A stretch of 64,000 nucleotides of DNA, from assembly GCF_026210795.1 (NCBI RefSeq), contig NC_089434.1, positions 3,906,001-3,970,000 of the forward strand. The letters run 5' to 3'. This DNA is from Rhizophagus irregularis (Eukaryota). Shown here piece by piece: positions 13,084 through 27,870 of this stretch. The number at the start of each line of letters is the position of its first letter. Position 1 is the stretch's first letter. The translations under genes and the position numbers were made by a program. The notes under the pieces were generated by a model that saw only the letters and a list, made by a program, of their open reading frames with translations, was not told the DNA's origin and did no database searches.

Positions 13084-13338
13084 CCGTACCGCACTGCCTA
13101 TAGTATCCCCAAAGTTAGACCCCCACGTTATAAGTCCCGAGTATTTTACTAGATATAAAATTTTTACTCTCAATTAGTACCCCCTCTTAGTTCTGGTAAC
13201 TTTAGCTTAATTCTGGTTAAAATTATTATGTACCCCTCATATAATACCCGGTATCTCACAAAGTACCCACGGGTATTATATAATTTTTAAATCAGGTATT
13301 TGTATAATATCCGGTGTATTATGTGCAGTGCGATACGG
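13084..13338. mobile_element. MITE, Tc1/mariner/pogo-like
   Basis: TIRs CCGTACCGCACTGC and GCAGTGCGATACGG (one mismatch), flanked by TA on both sides; no ORF. Confidence 0.75.
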
Positions 13339-14829
13339 TATATTGGGGGAAGAAGATTTTTTTTTTTGATCAAGAAAAAATAATACGTAATCAAAAGTGA
13401 TTGGGTTTTTAAACATTAGTTCAATTTAGTTAATATTAACAGGTTTAATATAAACGTTTATGCTTCATTTATTAACATTTTGTTTTTACATATTATAATT
13501 TTGTACAGAGAAGAAATATATTTGATGTACTGTCATAGGATGCATAGGATGTATGGAAAAATTTTTACATCATAGATGCGTAACAAAAAAAATTTTCAGG
13601 TTTTACTAAAATGATTTGATGCCGAAAATGTAATTAATTGATAATTAATATAAATAATGTAACAATGTGGCTTTGCCATTTTGTATTACAAATAAATCTT
13701 TCATATTCTCAAATCTTTTAAAAAATATTTTAAGGTAGCAATTTTGACTATTGACTTAAATTAATTAAAAAAATGTTAACGTGTATAGATGTAAATTGTT
13801 TTAAAACAATTTTGATAAATTAAACTCACTTTTAACCATTCATCAGTTAGTGTTTCAGTATCTCGAATATCAAATACCCAATAGAAAACAGTATTTACCT
13901 TATTTAAATCTGCTTTTTGTTGAAAATAAGTTTTCGCGCTTGCATACTGTATAAATAGATAAATAAAAAAAAAATTACTAACGTCAAAGGAGATTTCAAA
14001 GAAATCAAAATTAAAGTGTATGATTCATTATGTAATAACTAATTAAAAGCGTTAGTTAAAAAAGATATTACAAAATTATATATAAAAGTCAAATTCATCG
14101 ATATGTGTAGGAGTGATCGCGTTGCGTTACCACTAATAAAGAGAGTTATTGGAAAAAAAAAATGAAACAAAGAATACATTCTTAATAATTACCTTCAACA
14201 AGTTCTTCTAATGATATATTATCATATTGTTCATCTTCTATGATCAGTAATTTTTCCCTGTCGATTTCACTTTATTGAATTGAACGGTAATAAGTTAAAT
14301 AATTAGCTTTCACGCGTAAAATGTAAATTATAAAAATCAAAACTTTTTATTTTCATCTTTTGTCAATATATAAAAATATGGTACTTAAGTTAGCTTACAC
14401 TTTAAATCGTTTACAAGAGTAAACCTGAAATCTGAACTTAAATATTACTGTCTTGTTGCGAAAAACCGTTAGACTTCAACTTGTGAGGTGGATTCTCAAG
14501 TATTAGGAAAACTTCGTAAATTCTGATTTTTGAAAAGTTCAAAGTGCCACATTTGTTTAAGTTTTCAAATAAAAAGTTTTAAAAAACATATACCAGCTAG
14601 TTAGTTTAAACCGAGTTTCAGGATATGAAAAAATGCATAAAAATGTTTATAATCAGAAAATAAATCATTGCAAGATTAAAAATTATTAAATTTTATTGAG
14701 TAATTATTGTAATTATTATTAATATATAACATTAAAGTACAGCATTATAGAAGAAAAAAATATTTTTTATGATATGAAATAACGAGGTTCGTTTCTTGTT
14801 TCCGATAGGGTTGAATAGGTTGAAACGGT

Positions 14830-16461
<1,632 letters not shown>

Positions 16462-17055
16462 TTTTTTTTTCTTTTAATGGGGGAACATTTTATATAAATT
16501 GGTTTTTTATTTCTTTAATGTAATTGGGTGGGAAAGTTGGATATCGTTATATTTTCCTTCGTAATTTTTAATATGTACATACTCATATAAGCCAAATAAA
16601 TTTAAATTTCGCGTCTTTAAAACATCGCTAAAAATGTTATTGATCCACTAATTTGCCATTAAGATCAAGATCTGTTTAATCTAATCATCACATGTATTTT
16701 ACTAACTACCGTAGGACAACTTCGAATATCGTGAAACCATATTACTATAGTTCGTTATCCAGGCAAAAAGTTGAGACTAAAAAAGTTGAGCCTATTAGTT
16801 AAAAAGGCTGAGTCATACTCTCATACATAACTGAAGCTAACATATATGATACTGAAATTCCTTTGATTTTTTTGTCACGCGAACCTAGAATTATTCGCTG
16901 TTGTTGATTGAAAAATTTTATTCGACGCAAAATTTCAGCCAACGATATTTTCGATATTTCGATATCTTAATATTGTCAAGAAATTTCCCTTAAAAAAAAA
17001 TTTAAGCTTTCATTCGTTGTTACTGGATTACTCTTAACAAAGATTTCTTAAAGAA

Positions 17056-19431
17056 CTGTCGCATTCGCCGCGCGAATCGTCGACACTAAGTGAGTTTGGT
17101 ATGAATTCGCTTCTACCAAATAAAATATTTTACCCGTTATATTTGTAAAACTCCGTAAAAAATGAGCCTTTCACGGATCCATTCACGAAAAACGTAAATA
17201 ATTCCGGGATTTAAGGTTATTAATATGAGCCTTTTACGAAAAAGACGGAATATAAAAAACGGATCGATTTTTTTTACAGGGCGATCTTACACTAAGTACG
17301 AAAAGAGTCTAAATTATTTGTTTTACGAATAAAATTATAAGGTAGTCAATACGATACTGACAAAGAACAGCAACTTACGTGAAGTAACTTCACTTATAGC
17401 ACCCGATGGATCAGGTATTGCGTTCAACATAAAATAGCTCTTCTTATTCGATTTGCAAGTAAATTACTTTCTCATAATTCTTAAATTTAGCTCCTCAAAC
17501 CAATAATAGACATAATGACTCACGGATAAATTTCAAAACTCGGCTTAGATATTATGTCCCGGTTTCAGAAGCACTTGTATCTATGCTTATAGGTCTTCTA
17601 TAGTACAACAACAACGATATAGGGTGACCCAGAAACTGCTATTTTAATCGCAGGTTTAATAAGATTGGTACATGATATTATTGCCATTTTCAAAATAGTT
17701 GAAATTGATGTCGATCACGTAAGGTGGGACGAAAACAACAAAAAACAAGAAAAAAATATGTGTAATGTATGTGGTATAATGCAAAATCATAGAACATGTC
17801 ATATATAATAAGCGACAATTAAATTACTTAGAACATTTTTTGTGGGTATTTGACGTTTATTCTTGGTATAATTCGATTAGGATTCTTAGATTCTGTATTA
17901 TCTCGTGCTCTTTTGCGTGGATTTATTTCTGCTGTGGCAATTGTAATTATGATCGAACAACTTTTGGTTATGTTCAAGTTATCTGAGACAGCTGCAAAGG
18001 ATGGAATTGGTCACGCATCGTCATCATTTAAAACTTTGTCTATATTATTACACATCTTGATCATGCTCATATATTAACTACCATAGTTTCATTCTTTTCT
18101 TTTAATAACTGGCTTCATCAAAAAAAAAATTGTCCAAACGATGGCCACAAGTGCAATTCGCGTTAATATATTCACAATCTTGTGTGATATTTTTAATTGA
18201 GATGTAGGTGGCGTCGATATTCTTGGATCCAGTTTCCAAATCCCTTTTCCGGTAAATTATTTTCATCTTAGGGATTGTTTTGAAGCAGCTGTTTTGATAT
18301 CTGTTATCGGTTTTGTAGAAACTATTGTAGTCACAAAAACCTATGCGACAAAACATAATTATGCTGCTAGTACCAAACTTCCAATCGTGAGTTGGGTACA
18401 GCATATTTAATTGGAAGTTTTTCCAATGCTTCGCTGCTTATGGTGGTATGGCGAGACATGGTGTTAATGATAGAGCTGGTTCCAAGACTCAATTATCAGG
18501 GCTATTAATGCTTCACTTGTACTCTTATACTTACTTTTCCTTCTTGGTGCATTTTATTATCTGCCGAAACCAGTATTAGCAGCAATTGTCACTGTTGCCG
18601 CTATATCCCTGTTAGAAGAATTTCCACATGATTTATATTTCATGCACAAGATTAAAGCATGGAAAGATTTTGCTTTACTCTTTTCGACCTTTTTCTCCAC
18701 TATTTTTATTTCTATTGAATATGGCACATTGATTTCAATTGCCCTATCGTTAATGCTTGCGGTTTAACATTCCACTTATCCACGTATTATATTATTAGTA
18801 AGTGCTTATAGTTAAATAATGGGTTTCTTTCTTTTTACTTACCTTTTTATTAAAAACCAATTGTATTTGCAATTATGTGGTAGGTCCTGACTAAGCTGAA
18901 CATGTTGAAGGGGTGCTCGTTGTTAGAATTTCTGAACCCTTGTACTTCGCCAACACTGGGATCGGTTAAGGCGTCAAGAAGAATTCGGTGATATGAGTGT
19001 TCATCCTTCTGAAGAAGCTCGGGCGCCACCAATTGAGAATGTAATATTTGATATAGAAACAATGGAAGATATTGATGCTAGGTATGTATATAATGAATAT
19101 ATATATTTTTTATTACGAATTTACGTTGATTTAATAATAAAAAAATTCACAATCAATTATAATTATTTAGTGCTGTGCAATTCTTTTGGAAATTATTGTA
19201 GTATATCATCAACGTGGAGTTAATATATTTTTGTAAAATTGCGTGAAAATCAAAAAAAAGTTATTTATACGTACTGGAATAACGGATAGAGTTGGGAGTG
19301 ATCATTTCTTTAAGAATTTTTTTTTTACTTTAAAAGCGATTATTAATTTGGATTTTAATTTATTTACATTTTATTTGTTTCAAATAGGCCAAATTCCTGA
19401 TATTAATAGAGTAGGATTGAATATTGAATGA
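17056..19431 (+). pseudogene. SulP/SLC26 sulfate-transporter family pseudogene with STAS domain
   Basis: Fragments RLRYYVP, FFVGILTFILGIIRLGFLDSVLSRALLRGFISAVAIVIMIEQL, AVLISVIGFVETIVVTKTYATKHNY, GSKTQLSG, FYYLPKPVLAAIVTVAA, EPLYFANTG, VIFDIETMEDIDA. Many frameshifts, internal deletions and insertions; the start is approximate. Confidence 0.85.
17112..17281. mobile_element. MITE of the CCC-terminated family, about 170 bp, left end decayed
   Basis: Similar to 44730-44899 and 46035-46215 (AAAACTCCGTAAA..ATGAGCCTTTCACGGA..AAGACGGAA..GGATCGA..TTTTACAGGG); lies in a probable first intron of the SulP pseudogene. Confidence 0.75.
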
Positions 19432-19787
19432 TCTAAAAAATATATAATATTATTATAATGATGAAAATAATTGCTGATGCAATTGTTTTTAAATTAGATT
19501 TGAAAATCTATATATTCTGTAATTATTTACACTAAAAGATTTGTTGGCTGCCGATCGTATTAAATAGAAAAGCTTAAATCAAATTTGGTATAAGTGTATT
19601 ATATAATTAGCTAAACATCATAAAAGGAAATCATTCAAAAACTAATCTTATGTTAACGTTTAACGATAATCACTAAATTAAGAACCATGTTAAAAAAAAA
19701 GAACAATTTTTGTATTTTTATATGAAAGGTACTACAGTATATATATATATATATTTTTTAATTTCATAATATTTATAAATTATATGT

Positions 19788-20253
19788 CAGTGAGATTGCC
19801 CGTTGGCGAGATGACCCTGTCGGCAAAATGCTTATCGGTGATATGGATATCGATGATATGATTGTTGGTGAGTTAATTGCGTTCCTTTCTCGTGGCTGTT
19901 ATTTTAAAATAATTTTTTTTTTGTAAGTTTATATGTATTCGTACTCAAACTTTTGTTTTAATAAAATGTTTTGATCATGTGTCTACCTTTATCTACTACA
20001 TTTCCGAAGTTAGAACTTTCCAGAACAACCTTACTCGGTTAATATTAATTTTTTTTTTTTAGTTACAAATAAATAATATACTTACTTATTAATTGTATTT
20101 CATTCGTCTTGTTATTACAATTGTACGGACTGGACATTTTCCTGGAACATCCAATTTCCCGAATTCTTATTTTCCAAATCCCAATTTGCTGGAATTCGAT
20201 TTCCTGCCAATATCTTGAATTCCAATATCTCGAATTATAATATCATGAATGGA
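19788..20253. repeat. Two arrays of degenerate repeats with about 15-bp period, probably transposon subterminal arrays
   Basis: 19788-19884 has TCGGCRARATG-like units; 20130-20253 has CCAATWTCYCGAATT-like units; a similar CATTTCGCCG array lies at 41725-41810. Confidence 0.45.
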
Positions 20254-22123
20254 CATTAAATTTTGTTAAGCAAATTAAAGTGAAACATTCTAGATTTCTA
20301 GTTGAATGATAACTGTTTATTCCGCGTTTCCTTTGTGAATGCATTTTTGTATAAAATTTAATAATAAAGTTAAAAAATTTGGGAAGAATGTGCTGAAATC
20401 AAATTTACAAAAAAAAACACTTCCGTATGTCAAGAAAATTGATTCATAAAAAAATTATACTGAAAATTTATGCCAAGAAATTTTTCTCCCGAAGTACAAA
20501 CATCAAATTAATTTTGATTTTTTTTCCTTTGATAATGAATGAAAATGCTTGTATTGTTTAGGAAAACTAGACAAATTTTTTTATTTCAATGATATTCTTA
20601 GCTAAAACGATTGAATCACGTGATATTAGTAAGACATTTCCCAATAATATCCCTCAATTTTATCACCTAATCATTACTTAGTGAAATGAGTCCCGTATGT
20701 TATTTCATACAATATATGAACATCAATTATAACATATACACGTTAATTTTCAATAAAATGTATACAAATTATATAGACATGATCATTTCTTATATTTTAA
20801 TAGTTTTGTTTGTTTTATTCATGCTTTTATTCATTCCTTTATTCATTCGTTTATTGTTTGCTCATTTATTTATTTATTCATTAATTTGTTTGTTTATTAT
20901 TAAAAATTTCTCAATTTTTTTACACGTAAAAAAAAGTATTAAGAATACTAATTAAAAAAATAAATATTGAAAAAATAAAGTATCGGAAAATTAAAAATCA
21001 CATGATATGAGGTGGGTCGCCATGGTGACAGGGTATTATTATTTTGATAATTTATATCTCATAATTGGAAAAGTTATAAAAAAAAGATTTATTTAAATTA
21101 CAAACTAAGAAACTTGTAAAATATTTACTACTCTAGTCTTAGTGTTTAAATAATTCTAAGTATAATAAAAAAGTGAAAAGCTAAAAAAATGGAATTACTT
21201 AAATTACAAATTAAGAAACTTGTAAAATATTTTACTATATTGTTTTTAAATAAAAATTTAACAATTCCTTTCAATAGTTATTATCTTTTTTTTCAAAATG
21301 TAATTTTATTATTTTATTACTGTAAATTATAAATGGTTTTATAATGTTAGATATTAAAATAAAAACATTTAATTTATGATTTACTAACCATAGGACAATC
21401 TGATGCTTCTCACTATTAAAAAGTTTTGAAAGTTATAAAAAAAAGCATTCCAATTAAGGTGCGTCATACGTGGGTATAGTATTATAACTTTTATACTGAT
21501 GTTGGACGATCTTTCTTTGGATTGATTATGTTCTTTTGATGGCCTTGCCAACTTCACATAAAATAAATAAATTTTACATATATAAAAAAAAAATGCCGGC
21601 CGGCCGGGTCATTTTTAAAATTTTATGTCATGAGAATCTAAAAATTTTTTTTGCCCGGCCTTATATAGGAACGAAAGGTTAAGTTATTTTAACAGGTTAT
21701 TCAAATTGATATTTTTTGGTTACATCATTTCAGATCATATTCATTGTAGTAAAATTTTTTTTTTAATATAAATTACATTGTTTTTTTGTGCACCCTAAAA
21801 TTTTTTATTTAAAAATGCATGAACGTATAGTACATATGATCTACAACTGACTACAAGTATAGATATTGACGAATGATCAAAACTCGTTTTTTTTTAATTA
21901 TTTTATTAAATAAATAAAAATTCATTTTTTTTTTTTATTAAAACGAAAAATCTTTTTTAAAAAAAAGCAGATTTGAAAGATCAAGCAATTGCTTTTTTAA
22001 ACTTAAACCGTGCTGTGACATTCATGATACACGTATTGGATAATGAATTGACAATATATTTTTTTTGATTAATTATTAAACAGAAGCTTGTTAAATGCTT
22101 ACTTGTTATATGTAATAAATTAA

Positions 22124-22700
22124 ATTTTTTTATTTTATTTTAAACATATAGACAGAAACAAAGGTATTACAAGTATGGGAGCGGAGCTCTCTACAAGAGG
22201 TTCGAAACTACACCTATCTAAATAATTACCCAACCCTCGAAAGAATCGTCCTGCCTGTTATTTGTCAAAAGTAAGAACTAGGTATAGCTTGTCCTGTAAG
22301 AGGAGCGAGAAGAATGAGAAAAAAAGGAAAAAAAATCTAAAAATTGTTCATTATCATTATAAAAATCTATACTATAATTAAAATTGTTCAAGAAAGAAGT
22401 CCAACCACTCGAGTGTAAATAATTTGACGTTATAAGAATCATCCACCAGTATCGGAGATTGAGAGTTCGGAGAACTATGTGCGATTCCGATCCGCGAGAC
22501 GTCACGTGTCGAACGGTCGGCGTAATCTTGAGGAAGTTGAGAATCTAAAGAATTTTTTTGTGTGCGTCGTTTGTGTTTGTATTGGCGTTTTTTGCGTTTC
22601 GTGATGATAATTGATTTTTCTCAGTCGTGGAGAGCTTTGTTGTGTTTAATCCATATTTCTTGTAATAAACTGTCGACAAATTTGAAAGTCACGTGCCATG
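22124..22700 (-). mobile_element. 5'-truncated copy of the RNase H-type LINE family (ORF C-terminus, 3' UTR, A-rich tail)
   Basis: Minus strand gives FVDSLLQEIWIKHNKALHD*EK..KRQYKHK and ITSNYLHSSGW, matching FIHDLTQITW..FESWE..KKRYY and WTSSNFLHSG at 31830-32050; A-rich tail at 22124-22141. Confidence 0.7.
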
Positions 22701-22915
22701 TTTTTGATTATTTGTTAATATAAGAATGAATAAAATGACACTGTTTTTGCTCCACAACTTAAAAATAAAAAATAAAAAAATAAATATTGATAAATTTTAT
22801 TTAATATATCATGAATTATTATTAGGAACTATGAGATAAAATAAAATAATCCTTTATTTATATATATTTCAAGAAAAAAAATGATATAAAAATAAAATAC
22901 TTTAAATTCGCTAAA

Positions 22916-23784
22916 CTATAAGCTTAAAGGAATTACAGGACGACTAATACATCCAAAATAATTAAAATTTTCCATGATCATAACATTTGCTACTGATTCA
23001 GGATATGATGGTGGTTGTAAAGAATAAGAAACATAATTACGCATGAAGAAATGATTTTCAATTAAAGGGACAAAAGGAACAGAAGGGACACTCTCAATAT
23101 TAACACGATTACCATTTTTCGTACGTTTTGTCGTTTGCCTTTTCTTGACGTACCAAATATTTTTTAAATCATTTCGAGAGCGTAATATTCCAAATTTTTC
23201 TTTCATTTTTGACTGTAAAAGTTTCCAAGAAATAATTTTGTTATTAGAGTTAAGATAGTCCTCAACCCATTCAACGATATACTCCTTCTCTTGGAGAGTG
23301 AAGGGTACGTCTTTAACTAAACGCACTATAGAACAAGAAAATAAAAGTTATTATAAAGTTTTTCTAATAAAAGAAAAAAACATTAAATATAATGTGATTC
23401 TTACATTTTGGGTCCATTTTATTCATCCAGCTAAAATTTATGATATATTATTAGTATTGTTAGTTATAAATTAAAATATTTTTTTTTTTTCAAAAAAAAT
23501 AAATAAATAAATAAATAAATAAACTTACTGGTGACATATTTTTTTTGCGCTATATGGAATCAATTTGCTTATTTGAGCAAAAGGATTACGTTCAATTTTT
23601 CCTTTGTTAATCCATTTCTGCATGTAATCAACAATAATTTTTTCGCTCTAATATAAAAACAAAAATGAATAAAAAAATAAAAAATAATAAAATATAATAG
23701 ATTTTTTATATATAAAGTTATTTAACATACGTCGGGATCAATCTTATTATATTGTTTCTTCTCACTTTCATTTTGGTATTCCAT
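22916..23784 (-). CDS. Two-repeat Myb/SANT-like DNA-binding protein, 4 exons
   Basis: Exons 23784-23731, 23647-23529, 23430-23405 and 23325-22916 splice in frame: MEYQNESEKKQYNKIDPD|SEKIIVDYMQKW...PFAQISKLIPYSAKKICHH|WMNKMDPK|LRLVKDVPFTLQEKEYIVEWVE...ISWKLLQSKMKEKFGILRSRNDLKNIW. Spaced Trp/Phe pattern typical of Myb repeats. Confidence 0.8.
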
Positions 23785-26549
23785 GATTTATGTTATCCGT
23801 CAGCGAGCAAAAAGAAGAGGAGTAGAGGAGTAAAGGAGTATGAATTTAATGTTTAATTTATTTATTATTGTTATTTTTTTTTTTGAAGTTGAAAGGAATG
23901 CTCCATTCTCGCTATATTTATATTAAAATCTATAATATGACTACCCCTTGCGCTCTGTGAAAAAGTTTATTTACAGTTATTTGTGTAATATTAAAAAAGT
24001 GTAAAATATTTACATATAATGAACTTTTTAATGATATTGATATAAAGTATTTAGATAAGGGATCTGGTTATCTTGATTTTATTCGTTTAAGGTTTAAATT
24101 TTAATTAATAATTATTCTTCTTTTGTCTTAAATCTTAGATGTACCATCATTTACAAAATTTATTATTTAATTCTATATAAGGTTATTTTAATATATTAAT
24201 TTTTTCCATAACAATTTTTGTGTAATATTGTATGCTGCTGATCCTGACATAATGTATATACTGAAATATAACATTCGGTCTAAACAAAAATTTTAAAAAA
24301 AAAAATTCTATAATTTAACCAATTCATGCTTGGTAAGGAGAATTGAAATCCAGTAAAAAAAATATTACGATTACTAGTTCGATAATTCCGATGGAAATAT
24401 ATGTAAAACACCTTCGTTTCTAAATCATAATATCGATAAGTATTTTTTATATCGAAATCTATTTTTTTTTAAAAAAAAAATATTTATTTATTTTTCGTTT
24501 GGCACTTCATCGTAACTATGCAGGGAATGCATAAATCATATGGACATGTAATTCTTTGATCATGCATCCCTTCCCTGTGATACACATCTTCGGATTTTGG
24601 ACTTTTTTTTACAATAGCAGTTTTTCTTCGGAAAATAACTCCATCTGGCATTATCAATGATTTTTTTTATGTACTAAAAAGACGTAAATCGCCTCACATG
24701 AGTTAAAAATAAATTCTTTTATTTATCAAAAAGATAAGGATTTACGGTTGTTTCGGAAATGAAATAACAATATTCCGTTCATCAAATGACAATCAACTTA
24801 CTATCTCAAATTTGGAAGTACATTGATACGCCAAGATCTACTTACAATCAGAGATGTTTTTAATTCGTCGCTCTATTTTTATGCAAATATTTGCTACTAA
24901 CAACGAATATTTGTTAGATACTGTAGATTAGAAATCCTTTCAATACCATTTTTACTCAATTTTTTAATCAAAAAAGGGGGCATTATATTATTTACTATTG
25001 TTTATGCAATAATAATGTGTTTTATATCGTGATTAAAAAGGTGCAGCAGTTTTGTTTGTTTATATTGACCATTAAAATTAAAATTTACTGAAAATGAATT
25101 TTATTTTCCATTTTTTATATTTTTTATGAAGATTTATTAATTTTTGCCAAAATAAGATAGTATGCGCCGACGGTCACGTTAATAATTAAGTATATAAGGA
25201 AATTTAACGATAGATCCTCGTCTTCCATGGTTCAGCTAATGATGATCACAGGATTGTATAAATGAATTATTTTCGTAGGTACTCATTAATGTAGATCATG
25301 GCGCAGAAAAAATCACTTGATGACGGGCCGCAGCTCTAGTGGTTACCAGTTACTCCGATTTCTTATCACATAACCGATTGTATATTATTTGTTATTTATT
25401 GAACTAGTACAAAAAAATTTTCCTTTTTATTGTACTTAATATTTTTTATAACAAATATTTTGTATAAATAAATAAACAAATAAAATAAGAACAATATATC
25501 TTAAAAATTTTAAGGTCAAAAGATTAGTAATACTTTCACGATTTATACTATTTGAAATGGAACCAATCAAAATTTTCAACAATGACAAAATGTTCAAAAA
25601 ATTTTTAATGATTTATTTTATTTCATTAATTTTTTTCAACTTTTAACTTTGGCATTTATCATGATAGCAATATTTTTAACGATCTACAAATAATTTAATA
25701 ATTTCTACATAAAATAAATAACCTAATAAATTATTAAAATAGAATAAAAATTCATCGGAGATGTCAAGTCCAAGATTTTAACCATATGCAAAACACGCAG
25801 CTTGCATTAAATGAAAATACCATTTTTTAATAATTCTTTAAAAAATCAGGCATTTTTAACTCCCCGAAAGATAATTAATAAGCAAAATATTTATTCTTGT
25901 TGAACCAACTAAATTGTAAGAAAAAAATTTTTTTCCACAACCCCCAAAATTCGATGTTTAACGAAGATCTTTCTTTGTGCAGATCACGACTATTCTCACG
26001 GATGTTTTCCCAATGGTTTATCTTTTTATCAAACGGCTAAAAAACTTTTGCCTTCGTATGTAAGAAAAGATGATGATCGCTAGTCCAAATTTCGTCTCAT
26101 AGAATGTGTTTGTACTTTTTTCTCGGTGATGATATCAACAAAGATGCATAAAATGACCATATGATAGTATTTTATGGATATATGTCATATTCCACGAAAA
26201 AAAAATTTGCTATTTTTTTTTACTATAACTTGTGAAAAAAATAAAGGTTCTTTTTTACATGCTCATTAATTCGGTGTACCCCAAAAATATTATTAATTAC
26301 ATTACACAAGATAAAAACTTTTAAATTGTATAATTTTTAATCTTCATATATACATATAATAATTTATATTAGGAAGAATAATATATCGAGCTTTTGTTTT
26401 TAATATGGTGATTACGATATGACGTTACGTATATATGCTTTAAAAGTATTTCCTTGTCGCATTTTTTTTTTAAAAAAAATTTTTTTTCTTCACCGTCCGT
26501 TTCACCTAAACAAGGAAAATTTTTCTTCATTATTTCACTTGACCAAATC

Positions 26550-26930
26550 ATGCTTAATTTAGATGAGAGACTAATGTAAGTTATTCTATTCAAAATTTAA
26601 AAGTTTTTTTTTTAAGAAAAAAATCCTCCTCTTATTTCGCTTATTAATATAAATCGTCAATCTAGTAAACTAAGACGTAATAAACAAAATCAATTGCTTG
26701 CCGCGAAGTTTGATAACAACGAATGGGATTATATCCGCAATTGGGTAAAATGCAACATGAAATGTGAACTAAGCACAAATTGGTCACTTCTGCAAATAAA
26801 ATTAGTGGAAGAATTCGGAAAGCGTCATGAGCTAAACCACATTATAAGGGCTTCTCATATCATTGCGAGAAACATGGATTTTGCTGCGGTTTACTTTAAT
26901 AAGGAAGGAAGGAATTCGGAACAAAATTAA
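26550..26930 (+). CDS. Small single-repeat Myb-like protein, 96 aa, 2 exons
   Basis: Exon 26550-26575 (ATG...AT|GTAAGT) joins 26666-26930 after TCTAG in frame. KFDNNEWDYIRNWV...NWSLLQIKLVEEFGKRHELN aligns by eye with PFTLQEKEYIVEWV...SWKLLQSKMKEKFGILRSRN of the neighbouring gene. Confidence 0.6.
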
Positions 26931-27870
26931 TTGACAAGATTTTAATAACGAAAAATTTTTTTGAGCATAGTTTTTTTTTTATTATGTTTGGTATAATTTT
27001 TTTTTAAAAAAAAAATATTTGACGTGACTTTGTTTTTTTTTATGTTTGGTATAATTTTTTTTTTAAAAAAAAAAATATTTAGCGGGGATTTTTTCTGGTA
27101 GTCATCTTTCATAAAAATATTTAGTATAGAGAACTAAATAAAATAATAAAATAGTTCTAATATTTTTTTTTTCTTACAGTATAATCGCGTCCGATTTTCA
27201 TTTATTTTGGTATATATTTGTCACATATTTCTGTCACATAGTTAAATCATATTTGAACATGCGCCACGTTTTTGTGTTAGATAATTTGAACAAAGAAAAT
27301 GCACAATAAAAAAAAAAAAATTTTTTTCAGCTTTTTATGAAAAAATGATTTTAGCTTGGACTTGTAATTTGAAATATTTACGCTAGCTATATACACATTT
27401 TTACAGCTTGTTTTACGGGAGGGGAATAAGTAATTGCTGGTGACTACAATCAACGAACTAGTGGATACATTTTTTTTCACATTAATATATGCTCGTCAAA
27501 ATATCCATAAATTACAACCTGCAGGGAGGGGATATTATACATATGTTGGCGCAGCGTAAATCCTATATGCTAATCCCTATTTATCATTAAATCACACTCT
27601 ATTTATACAAAGAAATTACTACTTTAATCCAAATTAATTTTGTTTTTGTGCAACCCAGATGAATTTTATTTTTCATTTTTTTTTGTAATTTTGAAAAAAA
27701 TTTAAACGAATAAAATTTTAATTAATTTATTTTTTTAAAAAAAATTAAGAGATCAATAGTAATAATAAGGATAATAAAAATCACGAGATGAAGAAGTTTG
27801 TAGTGTTGAACAGATTATAATGCCTCAGAAATTAAATGAATATCAAATAATAAAAATACTATAAATCCTT

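Noticed and set aside
22105..22710. TSD for the truncated LINE copy (TGTAATAAA at 22111 and 22661)
   Set aside because: The second copy lies inside the region still homologous to the ORF, and a 9-bp AT-rich match is expected by chance.
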